A stretch of DNA of 64,000 nt from Paraspadella gotoi. Taxonomy: Eukaryota > Animalia > Chaetognatha. Below, one piece after another: positions 19,812 through 33,004 of the stretch (positions are counted from its first letter, which is position 1; each line of letters opens with the position of its first letter). Under the pieces are notes generated by a model. The model searched no databases. It had not been told where the DNA came from and saw only the letters and a program-made list of their open reading frames with translations. The stretch covers positions 741,261 to 805,260 of the forward strand of contig CM119264.1 of NCBI GenBank assembly GCA_051294375.1, given 5' to 3'. A program made the position numbers and the translations under genes.

Positions 19812-21227
19812 GAGAGAGAGTGTGAGTGTTTTCCACCGTAAATGGTTTTACTTTTCGAGGTGGAGAAATCATGGATCAAAGGTCACGAGTCATGGGTAAC
19901 CCAATGACCCAATGACCCAATGACCCAGTCATGGGTGACTCAATGACCCAAAATAAATGAACATCCGATAGTTTCAGATTCGACTTTAAAGGTTCGTGAT
20001 CTGCGATTCTTATATTTTTAATTATCATGAATTAATTTCTAGACTATGTATTCCCATTGCGTGAAGACAATTTACAAACTATAGTTAATAATTAGTTAGT
20101 AAAAATATCATATCAATGTTACTAAACTATAGGTTACTCTTAAATCGATTCTCTGAAATTTCTCACTTGGCTTTTGCGTGAACTAAAGTTTGAAAAGAAT
20201 TTCGTGAACCTCATGTAAAAATGTGATGAGAAATATATGATTGGTTTTCACATGATGCTTTATCGTCAGCGAAATGAGCGGGATGCCGCTCCAAACTAAA
20301 ATGGGACTATTAATGACTCTACATAAACCATTTGCTTTGTGAAGATTTAACGTGAATGCCTCCCCTCGGTTCGCGGCGAGAAAGCTCAGTGAGATATCAC
20401 ATAGCGAAGCGATGAGATGAATAGAAATAAAAAGACTGATAAGATAAAAAGAAGGAGAAGGAAAAAAAGAGAAGGAGATTTATAAGAAAAGAAATGAAAA
20501 AAGGAGAAGAAAAGCAGGAGATAACAAAGAAAAGAAAAGAGAGAAAGAAGGAGAAATAAAAAGAAGCAAATATAAATCAACCGCTCGCTGAGAAGAAGAA
20601 GTCGATCCGCGGGCGTCCGCTCGCTAATTGGTCAGAAAGAAATAAATAAGAAATAAAAGAAATAGAAATAAATAAATAATAAATAAAAGAAAAATAAAGA
20701 AATAAATAAGAAATAAAAGAAAAATAAATAAATAAATAAATAAATAAATAAGAAATAAAAGAAAGAAAAATAAATAAATAAATAAGAAATAAAAGAAAGA
20801 AATAAATAAGAAATAAAAGAAAAAGAAAGAAATAAATAAGAAATAAAAGAAAAAGAAAGAAATAAATAAGAAATAAAGGAAAAAAAAATAAAGAAAAAAA
20901 TAAATAAGAAATCAAAGAAAAATAAAGAAATGAATAAGAAATCAAAGAAAAAGAAATAAATAAATAAGAAATAAAAGAAAAAAAAAGAAACAAACCAGAA
21001 ATAAAAAAGAAATAAATAAATAAACTAGAAATAAAAAAGAAATAAAGAAATAAACCAGAAATAAAAGAAAAAAACTAGAAAGAAAAAAAAAAAGAAATAA
21101 ATAAACCAAAAATAAAATAAGAAAAGAAGTAAAAGAGAAAATAAAAAAAGAAAATAAGAAATAAACTAGAAATTAAAGAAAAAAAAAGAATAAAAAAAAA
21201 CAACCAGAAAATAGAGATGAAAGTTGT

Positions 21228-21958
21228 GACTTATTTTTTCAAAGCTCCCCAATTTATTCTTAATTAGGTATTAGGGTAAGTTAGTTTTTAGATTTAAAGA
21301 TTATGCTAGTGGTTAGGGTTAAGGGTTAGGTTAATGATTAGATGAATGAGAAGGGATAGGGTTATGAATAGGGTTTGGAGATTAGATGAATGAGAAGGGA
21401 TAAGGTTAGGAATAGGGTTTGGGGATTAGATTAATAAGAAGGGATAGGGTTAGGGTTAGAGTTTAGGGATTAGGGCAAGGGTTAGGGTTAGAGAGTGGCC
21501 TTGAAAGATTCGATTTTGGGGTTAAGGATAATGTTAAAGATTAGGTTATGGTTATGGATTATATTTAAAGATTAGGTTAAGGTTATGGATTATATTTAAA
21601 GATTAGGTTAAGGTTATGGATTATATTTTATGGTTATATGTTATGGTTGAATTTTAAGGTTGTTACAATTTTTTCTTTTTGTTTTGTATGTAGTATTAAA
21701 TTTGTTTTGTTTTTAAACATCAAATTTATTTCTATTATTAATAATAAAGATGGACATGTTTCAGCAATAAAGCTAGACTTCAACAGCGCAAACTTGTTTT
21801 AATTTTTTTAAAGATATTTTGGCCAAAAGTAATAATCAGAGAGAGAGAGAGAGAGAGAGAGAGTTGTCTGAAAACAAAACAATTCTTTTTTAATTTTAAG
21901 TTAAAATAAATTCAGAGATTAAGAAGCAGATATGGAGCGCTTTTAAAATAGAGAGCCG
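21228..21958 (+). mobile_element. TIR element with TTAGGG-like tract
   Basis: Left gacttattttttcaaagctccccaattt, right gatatggagcgcttttaaaatagagagccg, internal ggttagggtt repeats. Confidence 0.6.
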
Positions 21959-22452
21959 AATATAGAAAACAAAAGAAAAAAAGAAGGGAAATGGGAAAGT
22001 ATAAATCAGTGACGGAATAAATAGGCGCAACCCACTTATCACATATCACTAATGTATTCACCATTTTTCTCTCCCACGATTTTATGACACCCATTTTTAG
22101 CGACTGAGAGAGGGAGGGAGGGAGAGAGTGAGAGAAAGAGAGGAGGGGAGAGAGGAGAGAGAGAGAGAAGAGAGCAGAGAGGAAGTAGAAGAGAGAGAGA
22201 AGAGAGTGGGGAAAAGGAGACAGAAGAAAGAAAGAAAGAGAGAGAGAGAGCGAGAGAGATGGAGGAAGAGAGGAGAGAGAGAGAAGAGAGAGAGAGAGAG
22301 AGTGAGACAAAGAGAGCGCTCTTCTTTGGCAGTCGCTTGGAAAGTTGTATCTGTTTTACTTGAAGAAGAAGTGGTTGAATGAAAAATACGGAGCAGTCCA
22401 ATAGATATATCGAATATAAAATTATAAGAGAGAGAGAGAAAGAATTTAGAGA

Positions 22453-22494
<42 letters not shown>

Positions 22495-22844
22495 CTCTGA
22501 AGTGCATGTTAGAACTAAAAAAATTAATCTTTATTTATTTCATCGCAGAAGGACATGCCACCTATCCTATTTTTATATTCATTTATTTATATTGTTTGTT
22601 AATGTTTTTTTAAAAGAAATTTAGAGAGACATTGATCAAAATTAAATACAAGATAAACTAACCTACGAATATCTTTTATCACCTTTCATCAAATCAAGAC
22701 GAAGAAATTTTGTTTAAACCAAATCATTATCGTCATCGCGATTTTTAAGAAAAAAGAAAAATGAAAAAAGAAAATTAGCCACACGAAAATTAAGGGGAAA
22801 ATTAAGCAAAGAATAAATAAAAGATAAAAAGAAGAGTAAGAAAC

Positions 22845-23130
22845 CAGCTCTCTTTTCCGAGAATGACCAATTTCTGTTTGTTTAACCCATATTTAAAAAA
22901 AATAGTATTATTTAACCTTATTAAGTTGATAAACTTATAAAGTAATCTCTGAACCTAATCACAAATCTTTATCTCTAAATTAACCAAATCTTAAAACCCT
23001 AAATTTTAACTAATTAATTTCTAACCCTAACCGTTAACCCTAAACGCTAATCCCTAACCCTAACCTAATTCCTAACCTAAACTTATCTAAAATATAAGAT
23101 AAAACGGGGCGTTCTGGGAAAATAAGGCCG
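22845..23130 (-). mobile_element. TIR element with CCCTAA tract (inverted copy)
   Basis: Left cagctctcttttccgagaatgaccaatttc, right aaaacggggcgttctgggaaaataaggccg, internal ctaaccctaa. Confidence 0.75.
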
Positions 23131-23151
23131 AAAAAAGATCGATCAATTTCG

Positions 23152-23372
23152 ATGGCCACATTTCTGCGTCTTGCTGGATTTTGGGGAGGATTTTCGCCGC
23201 CAAAGAATTCCGACGCTGCAGCAGCTACAACCGCTGCAGCCGCAGCCGCCGCCAGCGCAAGTGGAAGCGACGACGCAGCAAACTACAACAACAACGACAA
23301 CAACAACGACGACGACGACGAAGCGACGACGATAACTCGATCCTTTACGTCGATCGATTCACTCGACGAATC

Positions 23373-23373
<1 letters not shown>
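23152..23373 (+). CDS. Gene 2 exon 1 (putative start; low-complexity/coiled-coil protein)
   Basis: ATG...MATFLRLAGFWGGFSPPKNSD...SIDSLDES, donor TCG|GTGAGA in phase 0. Confidence 0.5.
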
Positions 23374-23430
<57 letters not shown>

Positions 23431-23901
23431 GTGTGAATTCAGATCGACACATTCAGGTGATTCAAAGTCGAGATTTATGTGATTCAGAGGCAAATTCATC
23501 AGATACAAATATTAGATTCACGCACTAAATACTAATTCACCCTCGAAATTCACTTAAGATTCACAGGATTCAGCCATGAGATTCACGTCATTCAGAGAGA
23601 GATTGACTAGAGTCAAGCCAAGACTCATTTAATCCAGATTATCTCGACGAGATTCCAACACGATTTCATATTAAGATTAGCCATATTCAAATTGAGATTC
23701 ACTATATTAACACGATATTGATCATCGCACCTATTGAGATTAGCCACAATCAACAACAGATTCACCACATTCAACAACGGAGTGAGCGCTTAAGCGGAGA
23801 CAAACTGTGAACGGGTTTCACAGTCCCTCTTCTTTCTCTCTTTCTCTCTTCGAAACATTTCTCACTCTTTGTTTTCACGTCATGTTTTTGTTTTGCGTTT
23901 C

Positions 23902-23937
<36 letters not shown>

Positions 23938-23980
23938 CTTCTCTCTCCTCTCTCTCTCGTCTCTCTCTCCCTCTCTTCTG

Positions 23981-24022
<42 letters not shown>

Positions 24023-24057
24023 TCCCCCTCTCCCTCTCCATCCCCTCTTCATCACAG

Positions 24058-24142
24058 AGTTTTGTTTCCGAGGATCAAAGTTGTTTTTCATCTTCTTTCT
24101 TGTCGACGAAAAAGCGAAAAGAAAACAATCCAAGTCTTGCAG
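24058..24142 (+). CDS. Gene 2 exon 2
   Basis: Long pyrimidine tract plus cacag acceptor, CAG|GTGGAT donor. Reads SFVSEDQSCFSSSFLSTKKRKENNPSLA, phase 0 in and phase 1 out. Confidence 0.5.
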
Positions 24143-24859
24143 GTGGATAAGAGGAAGAGGGAGAGGGGGAGGAAGAGGGGATGAAGAGGGGAGGAAGAGA
24201 GGGAGGAAGTGGGAGGAAGAGGGGAGGGAATGAGGGGAGGAAGAGGGGGAGGAAGAAAGGAGAGGGAAACGGGAGGAAGAAGAGGGAAGGGAAAAAAAGA
24301 AAGAGAGAGAGAGGGAGAGAAAGAAAGGAGAGGTAAAGGGGAGGAAGAAGAGGGAAGCAGACGGAAGTAGAGGAAGAAAGAAAGAAGAGGGAAGGGAGAG
24401 GGAGAAATGCAGTAGTGGAGAGGAGGAATGGAAGGAGGAAGGAGGAAAAGGAGGGAGGAATAGAAGGGAGGGAACGAGGAGCGGCAAGGCGGAGGTGAGA
24501 ATTTGTTTTTTTCTTAATTTTCTTTGTTTAAAAATAAAAGGGAGGAAAAAGAGCAATGAGTCAAAGGAAATACTAGAAAGAAAAAGAAAAGAAAAAAATA
24601 GGAAAAAGAAGGAAAAAGGAAGAAGTGGGCGGATGTTCGTTTTTATCCAACTCCGGCCAAAGGCGAAAGAAATTTGGGGCAGGCCGAATAAATGGGTCAG
24701 CTGGCTGAGAGAAATAATAATAAGATGAGAGAGAGANNNNNNNNNNGAGAGAGAGAGAAGGAGAGTGAGAGAGAGAGCGACGTGTTCTAATCGAAAGGAA
24801 AAACATTCCACAGGTGGGAAACTAAAATTGAAGAGAAACGAGAAATAGCTTTCTTTCTT

Positions 24860-24985
24860 TCTTTTCTTTCCCATCTTTTCTTTCCCATCTTTTCTTTCCC
24901 ATCTTTTCTTTCTCATCTTTTCTTTCCCATCTTTTCTTTCCCATCTTTTCTTTCCCATCTTTTCTTTCCCATCTTTTCTTTCCAT
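24860..24985. repeat. 15-bp tandem repeat (cccatcttttcttt)n forming a polypyrimidine tract
   Basis: About 8 units directly upstream of the acceptor at 24989. Confidence 0.85.
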
Positions 24986-24989
24986 CCAG

Positions 24990-25470
24990 GTTCAGGATAT
25001 TCCTCTCTTTCATCGGCGTCTCTTTCCACTGACGGAGGAATTGACTTTAGCCGCCGACGTCCGACGACGACGACGATGCCGACGACGAAACAAAGATTCC
25101 AGGCCGGAAATCGGCGTTGTCCGGCGGGTAGAGATGAAAGCCGATGCGGGGACCAGACTCATAGATCTTTGGACAAAGAACGCCACTCGGCCAACTGCGT
25201 CCCGGCGTTGCCCAAGATCCGTCGTCCGCCGATCATTCGTCGCTCGTTCGGCGACAACGCCTGGACGTCCGCTCTTGTCGGACATCCTTCGTCCGGGCGC
25301 TCTGTGTCCGGGCGCCCTCTGTCAACCGCGCGCCCGGACGTCCCGACGTTGCAGAGGGCGCGTGCGTCGAACCAAAGCCAATCAACTGCGCGCCGAGCAG
25401 TCACGCCTCCGGTCGTGAGAAGTCGCGTTCCGGAACCGGGAAAGACTCGGCGTCCGGAAAAGGAGATAAG
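24990..25470 (+). CDS. Gene 2 exon 3 (Arg/Ser/Pro-rich, disordered)
   Basis: GC-rich island, ccag acceptor, AAG|GTTCG donor. Open frame GSGYSSLSSASLSTDGGIDFSRRR...PEKEI, phase 1 in and phase 2 out. Confidence 0.65.
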
Positions 25471-25535
25471 GTTCGCTGATTTTTTTAGGAGATTAAGTTG
25501 CCTCCTCTTCCTCCTTCTCATCCACTTTGGAGCCT

Positions 25536-25980
25536 TTGCGCTATTTTCCAAGAGCGCCTCATTTCAGTTTCGGCACTATTTTCCAAGAACGTCCCGTTTT
25601 CAGTTTCCTAATCCTTGAACTTATTTTCAACCTTTATATCTAATCTCTTTTAAAAAAGTTTATTCTAATCCCTTACTTTTATCCCTAATCCCTAACCTGA
25701 TCCCTAACCTAATCTCTAACCTAATCCCTCACCTAATTCCTAACCTAATTCCTAACCTAATCCCTAAACTAAACCCCAATCCCTAACCTAATTTCTATTT
25801 TAATCCCTAACCTAATCCCTAATCTAATCCATAATCCCTAACCTCGTCCCTAACCTAATCTCTAATCCCTAACCTAATCTCTAATCCCTAACCTAATCCC
25901 TAGCCTCATATTTTTTTAATCATACAATCACAATACGTAGTCAGGGAGATGGGGAAAGGGGGCGGATCGGAAAAGGGATT
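25536..25980 (-). mobile_element. TIR element with CCCTAA tract (left TIR duplicated, right TIR degenerate)
   Basis: gcgctattttccaagagcgcctcatttc and ggcactattttccaagaacgtcccgttttc, followed by (ccctaacctaat)n to 25905. Confidence 0.55.
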
Positions 25981-26716
25981 TGGTTTCGGGATACGAGGTG
26001 GTTAGGGGATAAGCATAGTGGCGGGAACGGGATAACCAGGGGAGAGAGGCAATGAGTTATCCTTCGCCAGGGAATAAAAAGAATCGAGAGATGAGAGAGA
26101 GAGAGAGAGAGAGAGACGATGAGAGAGAGATGAGATGACAGGAGAGAGAGAAGAGAGAGAAAGTGATAGTGCGCGTGAAAGATCGTGATTGTGATTCGCC
26201 CTCGTGAATGTGTGTGAGAGAGTGTGTGGGAAGAGGGAATGAATTTCGCTCGGGAGATGAAAGCTCGTCAAGTCTAGTCCCGAGACGAAGCCTGACGACG
26301 ACGATGAAGACGACGACGACGACGATGAAGACGACGACGACGATGAAGACGACGACGACGACGATGAAGACGACGACGACGACGATGAAGACGACAATAA
26401 TATTAATATAGGATTTTTTTCTTAATTTTTAAAATATCGATTTGAAAGAAGAATAAGAGTAAGTCGAAAAAAGAAAAGAAATAGAAAAAGAAGGAAAATA
26501 GGAATTTCTCTTCGGAAGCAGTGAGGGGGGCGGTGGGGGAGGAGACGATGGAAAAGAAATCTTATTCGTCCTAATCGATTCGTCTTCGTCTTTGCTTTTG
26601 TTTTATTAACTAAATTATTATTTTAGTTTATATAGTTTGTATTAATTAATTAATTAATTAATTACCGCTAATGATCGTGGGCAGATCCGGCATTGTTTTT
26701 TCATACTTGTTCCCTT

Positions 26717-26860
26717 ATTCCTCGGTTTTTGAGCGGCGTAATACTGAAAGACGAGGTCCTTGAGTGTTTCTTCTCATTTCATTTCATTTCATTTCATTCC
26801 TCGGTTTTTGAGCGGCGTAATACTGAAAGACGAGGTCCTTGAGTGTTTCTTCTCATTTCA
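26717..26860. repeat. ~64-bp direct duplication
   Basis: ttcctcggtttttgagcggcgtaatactgaaagacgaggtccttgagtgtttcttctcatttca occurs twice. Confidence 0.9.
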
Positions 26861-26946
26861 TCTGTCAGCGTTCATTCCATCCCTTAACAATCTTCCAATC
26901 CTCCATCTCTAAAAATTTTATCCCCATCTGTAAAACGTTTCTTCAG

Positions 26947-27301
26947 AAGCGACGACAAACCCTATTGGCCGATGAGATGGAGAATGGAGAGACTGACGGA
27001 CGGACGGACGGAGCGGCGAGACAACGGACGGACGGACGTACAGAGGACAGAAACGAAGCGTACTGACCAAGAAGTTGAAGTCCGTAGGGAGAGTCGATCA
27101 GAAGGACGACAACAATGGCGTCTTCAAGCTCCAGCGGCAGCAAACGCCGCCTCGGCCGCCGCCCCGCGATGGGCGTCCGCGCCGACGCTGCCGCCGTCGA
27201 CTCGGAGGCGCGGCGATTCTGGCGGCGAGAGAAGAAATTGGAATCGCGAAAAGACAAAAGAACAAGAGACAAAAGAAAAGACAAAAGAAGAAGAAGGCAG
27301 A

Positions 27302-27336
<35 letters not shown>

Positions 27337-28063
27337 AAGAGGCGAAGAAACTACGACCAACAGAAGAGAAAGAGTAAATGAAAGCCGGGGAGAAGGAGAA
27401 GGCGGCGATGAAAGAAGGAGAGGAGAGAATGAAGGCGGAGAAGAAGGAGAGGAGAAAACTAAGGGAGTAGGAAGGGGAGAAAAGGGAGAGAGGAAAGAAG
27501 GGAGAAAGGAAAAGGGAGAGAGAGAGACGGGAGGAGAGAAGGAGAGGAGAGAGAGGGAGAAAAGAGAAGAAGGAAATGGAGAGAAAGAAGGAGAGGAAAG
27601 AGAAAAAGGAGAAAAGGAAAAGGGAGGAAAAGAAAAAGAAAAAGAGGAAAGAGAAGAAGGAGGAAAGGAAAAAGAAAAGGGAGGAAAGGAAAGAGAAAAA
27701 GAAAAGGGAGGAAAGGAAAGAAGAATCGAAGATAAAATCCGCGAGAAAATTTCTTTCTTCGTCGGAAATGAAATAAATGAAGGGAAGAGAAAAGAGAAAA
27801 ACAACAACAACAACGACAACGAAACGACGACGACGACGACCAACGCATTAACAACGCCTCTACCGGAAAACCGAGGAAAATGGGCCAGCGACGCCGACGA
27901 CAACGATGACGCGGCAAAGTCTGGAGATGGCGTTGACGTCGCGAACGCCATCTGTTGGGGAAAAGAGACAAAAGACGTCATTGTCGCCACGAGAGGCGAC
28001 AACGACGACAACGACGACGACGACGACGGTGGTGGCGGCGGCGGCAAAGGAAGAGGCAACAAG
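26947..28063 (+). CDS. Gene 2 exon 4 (Glu/Lys/Gly-rich low complexity)
   Basis: tttcttcag acceptor puts the exon in the frame of ORF 26972 (phase 2). Donor AAG|GTCGTT in phase 0 is weak, so the 3' limit is uncertain. Confidence 0.55.
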
Positions 28064-28085
28064 GTCGTTGTAATAAGAACAGTTA

Positions 28086-28145
<60 letters not shown>

Positions 28146-28451
28146 ATCTCTCTCTTTTCTTTCTCCCTCTTTATTTGTTTTGTTTTATTATCCCTTCATT
28201 TTCGAGAACAAAAAAGTTTTATCTTTTTTTTTGTTTTCTTTGTTTTGTATTTTTGTTTTGTAACAAAAACAAAAAAATGTGATAAAATGATAACGATTCA
28301 CGGGGAGGAGGCGTTAAATTTAGCGCTAGAGGTTTTTTTAAATTTATTTTGTGTTTTTTGTTTTTTAGGATTTAATTGAAAAATTAAGAATTTTAGATTA
28401 GATACTAAAACAAAACCTAATGTGTTTTAAAAATTATTATTATTATGAAAT

Positions 28452-28625
28452 TTGTACAACCAATAAATAAATTATCCATTCATTTAATAAATAAGCTATC
28501 TTGCCCCTGACTTTGGACATGCCTCCATTACTCTTACAAGATAAATACATAGCAGGTCCCTGCAAGCTTTCAATAAAGACTCTCTCACAGTATGGTTAAT
28601 TCACTTCCAGAATATCTGGCTTCCT
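28452..28625 (+). mobile_element. Dispersed ~250-bp repeat (family R2)
   Basis: tacaaccaat..ttatccattcatttaat..tatcttgcccctgactttggaca..gcaggtccctgcaagctttcaa..gactctctcacagt. Copies at ~3390, 4840, 7425, 10400, 40370(-), 42600(-) and 61943(-). Confidence 0.75.
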
Positions 28626-28696
28626 TATCAATTGTATTATTTTTGTACTCATACAATATTTTTTTTAATATTTATTATTTAATTTCGATATTCCAG

Positions 28697-28770
28697 ATGA
28701 AGGAGGAATTGAATGAAGTTTTTCGTCGTTTGTCTCTCACTCAAAAAACTCGGATGAATATCGAAAAAAA
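28697..28770 (+). CDS. Gene 2 exon 5 (coiled coil)
   Basis: ttccag acceptor, AA|GTGAGA donor. Reads MKEELNEVFRRLSLTQKTRMNIEK, phase 0 in and phase 2 out. Confidence 0.7.
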
Positions 28771-29912
28771 GTGAGAGAAAAATAAAATTTGTAAAATTTA
28801 AACCAAAAAGTGGTATATTTAAAAATATTTAACATCTTAAAACGTGAAAGAGATTTTGTTCCGTAGTTTCACATCAGTTGCTGTGACTGTGAAAATAAAG
28901 AGACATCAATCGACGACGACGACGACAACGACGACGACGACGAAAACGACGAGGAATCTACAACCATTGAACAAACACGAGCGAGAAATTAAAAAAAAGA
29001 TAAATAAATAAATAAAATGCGATATCGAATCTGAATGTTACAACGACAACAACAACGACATCAATGACAAAACAAAGACAAAAATAAATTTCTTTTTCGA
29101 TTAAAAAAAAAAAAAAAATTTTATTTGATTTCCGATATTAGTATTTTTTTTGCAAGACCTTTGTATAGAATATTTTCTTTTTTTGTAGGATAGAAATAGA
29201 GAGAGAGAGACGATGAGAGAGAGAGAGAGAGGAGCAGAGAGAGAAGATTAGAGAGAGAGAAGAGAGAGAAGAGAGGGAGAGAGCAGATGAGAGAAAAAAG
29301 ACGAGCGCTAAAAAACGTTTTTTCCCCTTCTTTAAATTTTCCCGCCTTAATTTTCGTTTTTTTCCTCTTCCTCTTCCCGCTCCTCTTTCCGGATGTTTTT
29401 ACGATTTCCGTATGACATAGATTTTAGGGGGCAGAAGATAGAAGACCCTCTTATATGGATGGCAACGTCGCGGGTTCTACTCTGATCTAATTCAGTTTTT
29501 CTTTATTTCTTCTTTCGCTCTTATTAAATTGAGTAGTTGTCTTTAAATTCGAAAGTCGTTTCGCGTCTTTTTCTGCGCTAATGTCAGTTAAAAAGACAAT
29601 ATAATATATATTAATATATATAATAATTAATTTGTTAAATAACTTAATTATTGCTAAACTTGTGTTGTGTTTTTGATTTGATTTGATTTGATTTATTATG
29701 CTCAAAATGTGAATATTTAACACAGTAACAATGTAACAGTTAATGAGCCGTACATATACATGTATGTACACATTTTAAAGAAATGTAAATAAATTAACAA
29801 AACAAAAAATTACAAAGTGGACTAATTATATACATAGTTTTAAATTTCAGTATTTACACATAGATCCCGTTCCTTTTTTAACGTTCCACACTCTCTCTTG
29901 TTTGATAATCAG

Positions 29913-30030
29913 CGTGGAGTTTTGCAACATCAGAACGGACAACATGAAGGCAGAATTCGAGACAGCGAAGAAAAGTTGGGAAGAAAAAGAGAAAAAGATT
30001 TTGGCGGAAATGGAAAAGAGAAAGAGTCAG
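29913..30030 (+). CDS. Gene 2 exon 6 (coiled coil)
   Basis: aatcag acceptor, CAG|GTATTT donor. Reads VEFCNIRTDNMKAEFETAKKSWEEKEKKILAEMEKRKSQ, phase 2 in and phase 0 out. Confidence 0.75.
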
Positions 30031-31263
30031 GTATTTGGGATTTGGAAGGTATGAAGAGAAAGAGATAGAAGGGAATAGGAAGGTATGANNNNNNNNNNNN
30101 NNNNNNNNNNNNNNNNNNNNNNNNNNNNNNNNNNNNNNNNNNNNNNNNNNNNNNNNNNNNNNNNNNNNNNNNNNNNNNNNNNNNNNNNNNNNNNNNNNNN
30201 NNNNNNNNNNNNNNNNNNNNNNNNNNNNNNNNNNNNNNNNNNNNNNNNNNNNNNNNNNNNNNNNNNNNNNNNNNNNNNNNNNNNNNNNNNNNNNNNNNNN
30301 NNNNNNNNNNNNNNNNNNNNNNGAATAGGAAGGTATGAAGAGATAGAGATAGAAGGGAATAGGAAAGTATTATTTGAAGTAAATATTAAAATGAGTTTAG
30401 CCAAAATGGAAGGCAATTTGATTTGAAAAATTTGAAAAAAAAAATTATATGTATCTTGTTTATCAATAAACTTTGAACAATGCATTTTAATTAAAATGGA
30501 TGAAGAAATACACCAAATTTGTATTTCATGTTGTTTTTTATTCGCGATTTTTAAATCAAAACGCGATAAAAGTGATAATATATTTTTTTTCGCTTAATAG
30601 ATACATTTTTTTGTTTCTTTTTTTTTTGCCTTTTTTTTCTCTTTTTTTCGTTTCTGCTCCAATGAAGACAATTTCATCCAATGTACATATTTGGAACGGA
30701 CTCTAACCAGCTGTTCGTTCTGGAGCATCTTTTCTTTCTCTCTCTCTCTCTCTCTACTCTCTCTCTCTCTCTCTCTTCTCTGCTCTTCTCTCTCTCCTCT
30801 TCTCTCTTCTCTCTTCTCTCTCTCTCTCTACTCGCTTGACCGCTTCTCCCAAAATGGTTTTCGCTCTTCTATCGTTGGAAACATTCGAAAACCTTTATTC
30901 TCCCATTTCATTGGGTTTTTTCACCAACATCCTTTTTCAACCATGCCATCTATCTCTCTTTCCTCCTCCTCCTCTTCTTTTTCCTCCTTTAATTTCATTT
31001 TTTATCTACCGACCAAAAACCTTTTTTATTTTTAATTATTTTTTTTAAATTTTGCTAATACCTTTTTTTTTATTCCTGATTTCTATTCATCTATTTGCGT
31101 TTTTGACCGTTTATCCGTCCCGACCTAATTTTCTATGAACGCCCCATTTCATTTAAAATTTAAAATTATATTAATTGATGAGTTTAAGGATCAGGGTTAA
31201 TTGTTAAAGTTAATGGGGTTAAATTAATTTAAATTAATTTAAATTTTGATATAATTTTTCAAG

Positions 31264-31358
31264 AACGAAGCTTTAATTTCTTCGAACGATCAACTCAGAC
31301 ATTTGGGTTCAAGATTAAAGAATCAAGTTTTAAAGATGGAGGAAGAAATTCGGAAAAA
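31264..31358 (+). CDS. Gene 2 exon 7 (coiled coil)
   Basis: tttttcaag acceptor, AA|GTGAGT donor. Reads NEALISSNDQLRHLGSRLKNQVLKMEEEIRK, phase 0 in and phase 2 out. Confidence 0.75.
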
Positions 31359-32866
31359 GTGAGTTTGAAAGTGATTTGTGAAAGAATGGAGAGTGAAAGT
31401 GAGAGAGAATCGATAAATGGTAATCAAACTGAAACTGGAAATATTAATTAACAAAATTGAGAGATAATTGAGAAGTGATAATGTGCATGAAGGAAATAAA
31501 TCAAGTAATCAAAAAGGAAATGAAATCAGTTATAATCTATTGCTAATGTGAAAATAACGAGAGGGAGATATTCGGAAAATAAAAATACAGTTAACAAAAG
31601 TTTTTTTTTCAGTGAATTCCAAGAATAAATTTTGTGATATGATTTTATTCCCTGGTGTAAATATTTTTTATTAAAGTGAACTAAAAAGGCAAAACTTTGT
31701 TTGAGTTTGACAAAAAAAAAGGGAAAATAGAAGAACAAACATATTTAATAAAATGATTTTTTTCTTTTTTTCTTTCTTCTTCTCTATTACTTTTTATACT
31801 TCATTGTCTCTTCTCCCTTTTCAACTCGACTTCTGATTCCGACCCCGTCGCCTCCGCCGCCTCCGCCGCCTCCGCCAGCCTACGCCGCACTCCGCCGCCT
31901 CCACCGCCCATCCGACCAACAATCGCCGCCGCCTTATCCCTCGACGGCAGCTACGGCCGGCGCACGCCGCCGGAACCGTCCGCCTTCCGCTTGCTCACGC
32001 TGTGAAGGGAAGGAGAACCGTCTGACTGCAGTGCGACCGCGCTGCGGCGAACGGCGGAACGGCGGCGGCTGCGGACGGAGGCGGCCAAAGGGGCAGGGGT
32101 AAAGCGATTAAAGAAGAGGCCGGTTGCCTGAGGGAAAAAAAACTTAGGGAATTGGCCTTTCATTCACGAGATGGAGAGAGGGAAGAGAGAGAGGGAGACG
32201 GAAGTAAGGGAATTGTTGAAGAAGACGATTGGGAAGGAAGAATGGTTGAGAGAGAGGAAAGAGGAGAAAGGACGAGAGGAAGAGGAAAGGGGAATCTCTC
32301 TTTACTTTTNNNNNNNNNNNNNNNNNNNNNNNNNNNNNNNNNNNNNNNNNNNNNNNNNNNNNNNNNNNNNNNNNNNNNNNNNNNNNNNNNNNNNNNNNNN
32401 NNNNNNNNNNNNNNNNNNNNNNNNNNNNNNNNNNNNNNNNNNNNNNNNNNNNNNNNNNNNNNNNNNNNNNNNNNNNNNNNNNNNNNNNNNNNNNNNNNNN
32501 NNNNNNNNNNNNNNNNNNNNNNNNNNNNNNNNNNNNNNNNNNNNNNNNNNNNNNNNNNNNNNNNNNNNNNNNNNNNNNNNNNNNNNNNNNNNNNNNNNNN
32601 NNNNNNNNNNNNNNNNNNNNNNNNNNNNNNNNNNNNNNNNNNNNNNNNNNNNNNNNNNNNNNNNNNNNNNNNNNNNNNNNNNNNNNNNNNNNNNNNNNNN
32701 NNNNNNNNNNNNNNNNNNNNNNNNNNNNNNNNGTTTTTCTTACTTTTCCTCTTGCTTTCCTTTCCTCCTTTACTTCTGTTTTCCTTTCTTCCTTTCCTTT
32801 TTTTCTTCTGTTTTCCTTTCCTTTCCTCTTGTTTTCCTTTCCTCTTTTCCTCCACCACCCCAATCA

Positions 32867-33004
32867 AACGAAAAAAAGGAATGGGCGAAAAGATGCGACG
32901 TAAACGAAAAAGAAATTCGAGATTTGAAGTCGGAAAATCGTCGCCTGCGAGAAGAGAGGATGAGAGAAGAAGTCGCTGCGGTTGAAGTTGAAGAGATAAT
33001 GCAG
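32867..33004 (+). CDS. Gene 2 coiled-coil exon (acceptor not resolved)
   Basis: Reads NEKKEWAKRCDVNEKEIRDLKSENRRLREERMREEVAAVEVEEIMQ with CAG|GTGCGG donor in phase 0. A pyrimidine tract lies upstream but no AG is visible, possibly a sequence error. Confidence 0.6.
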
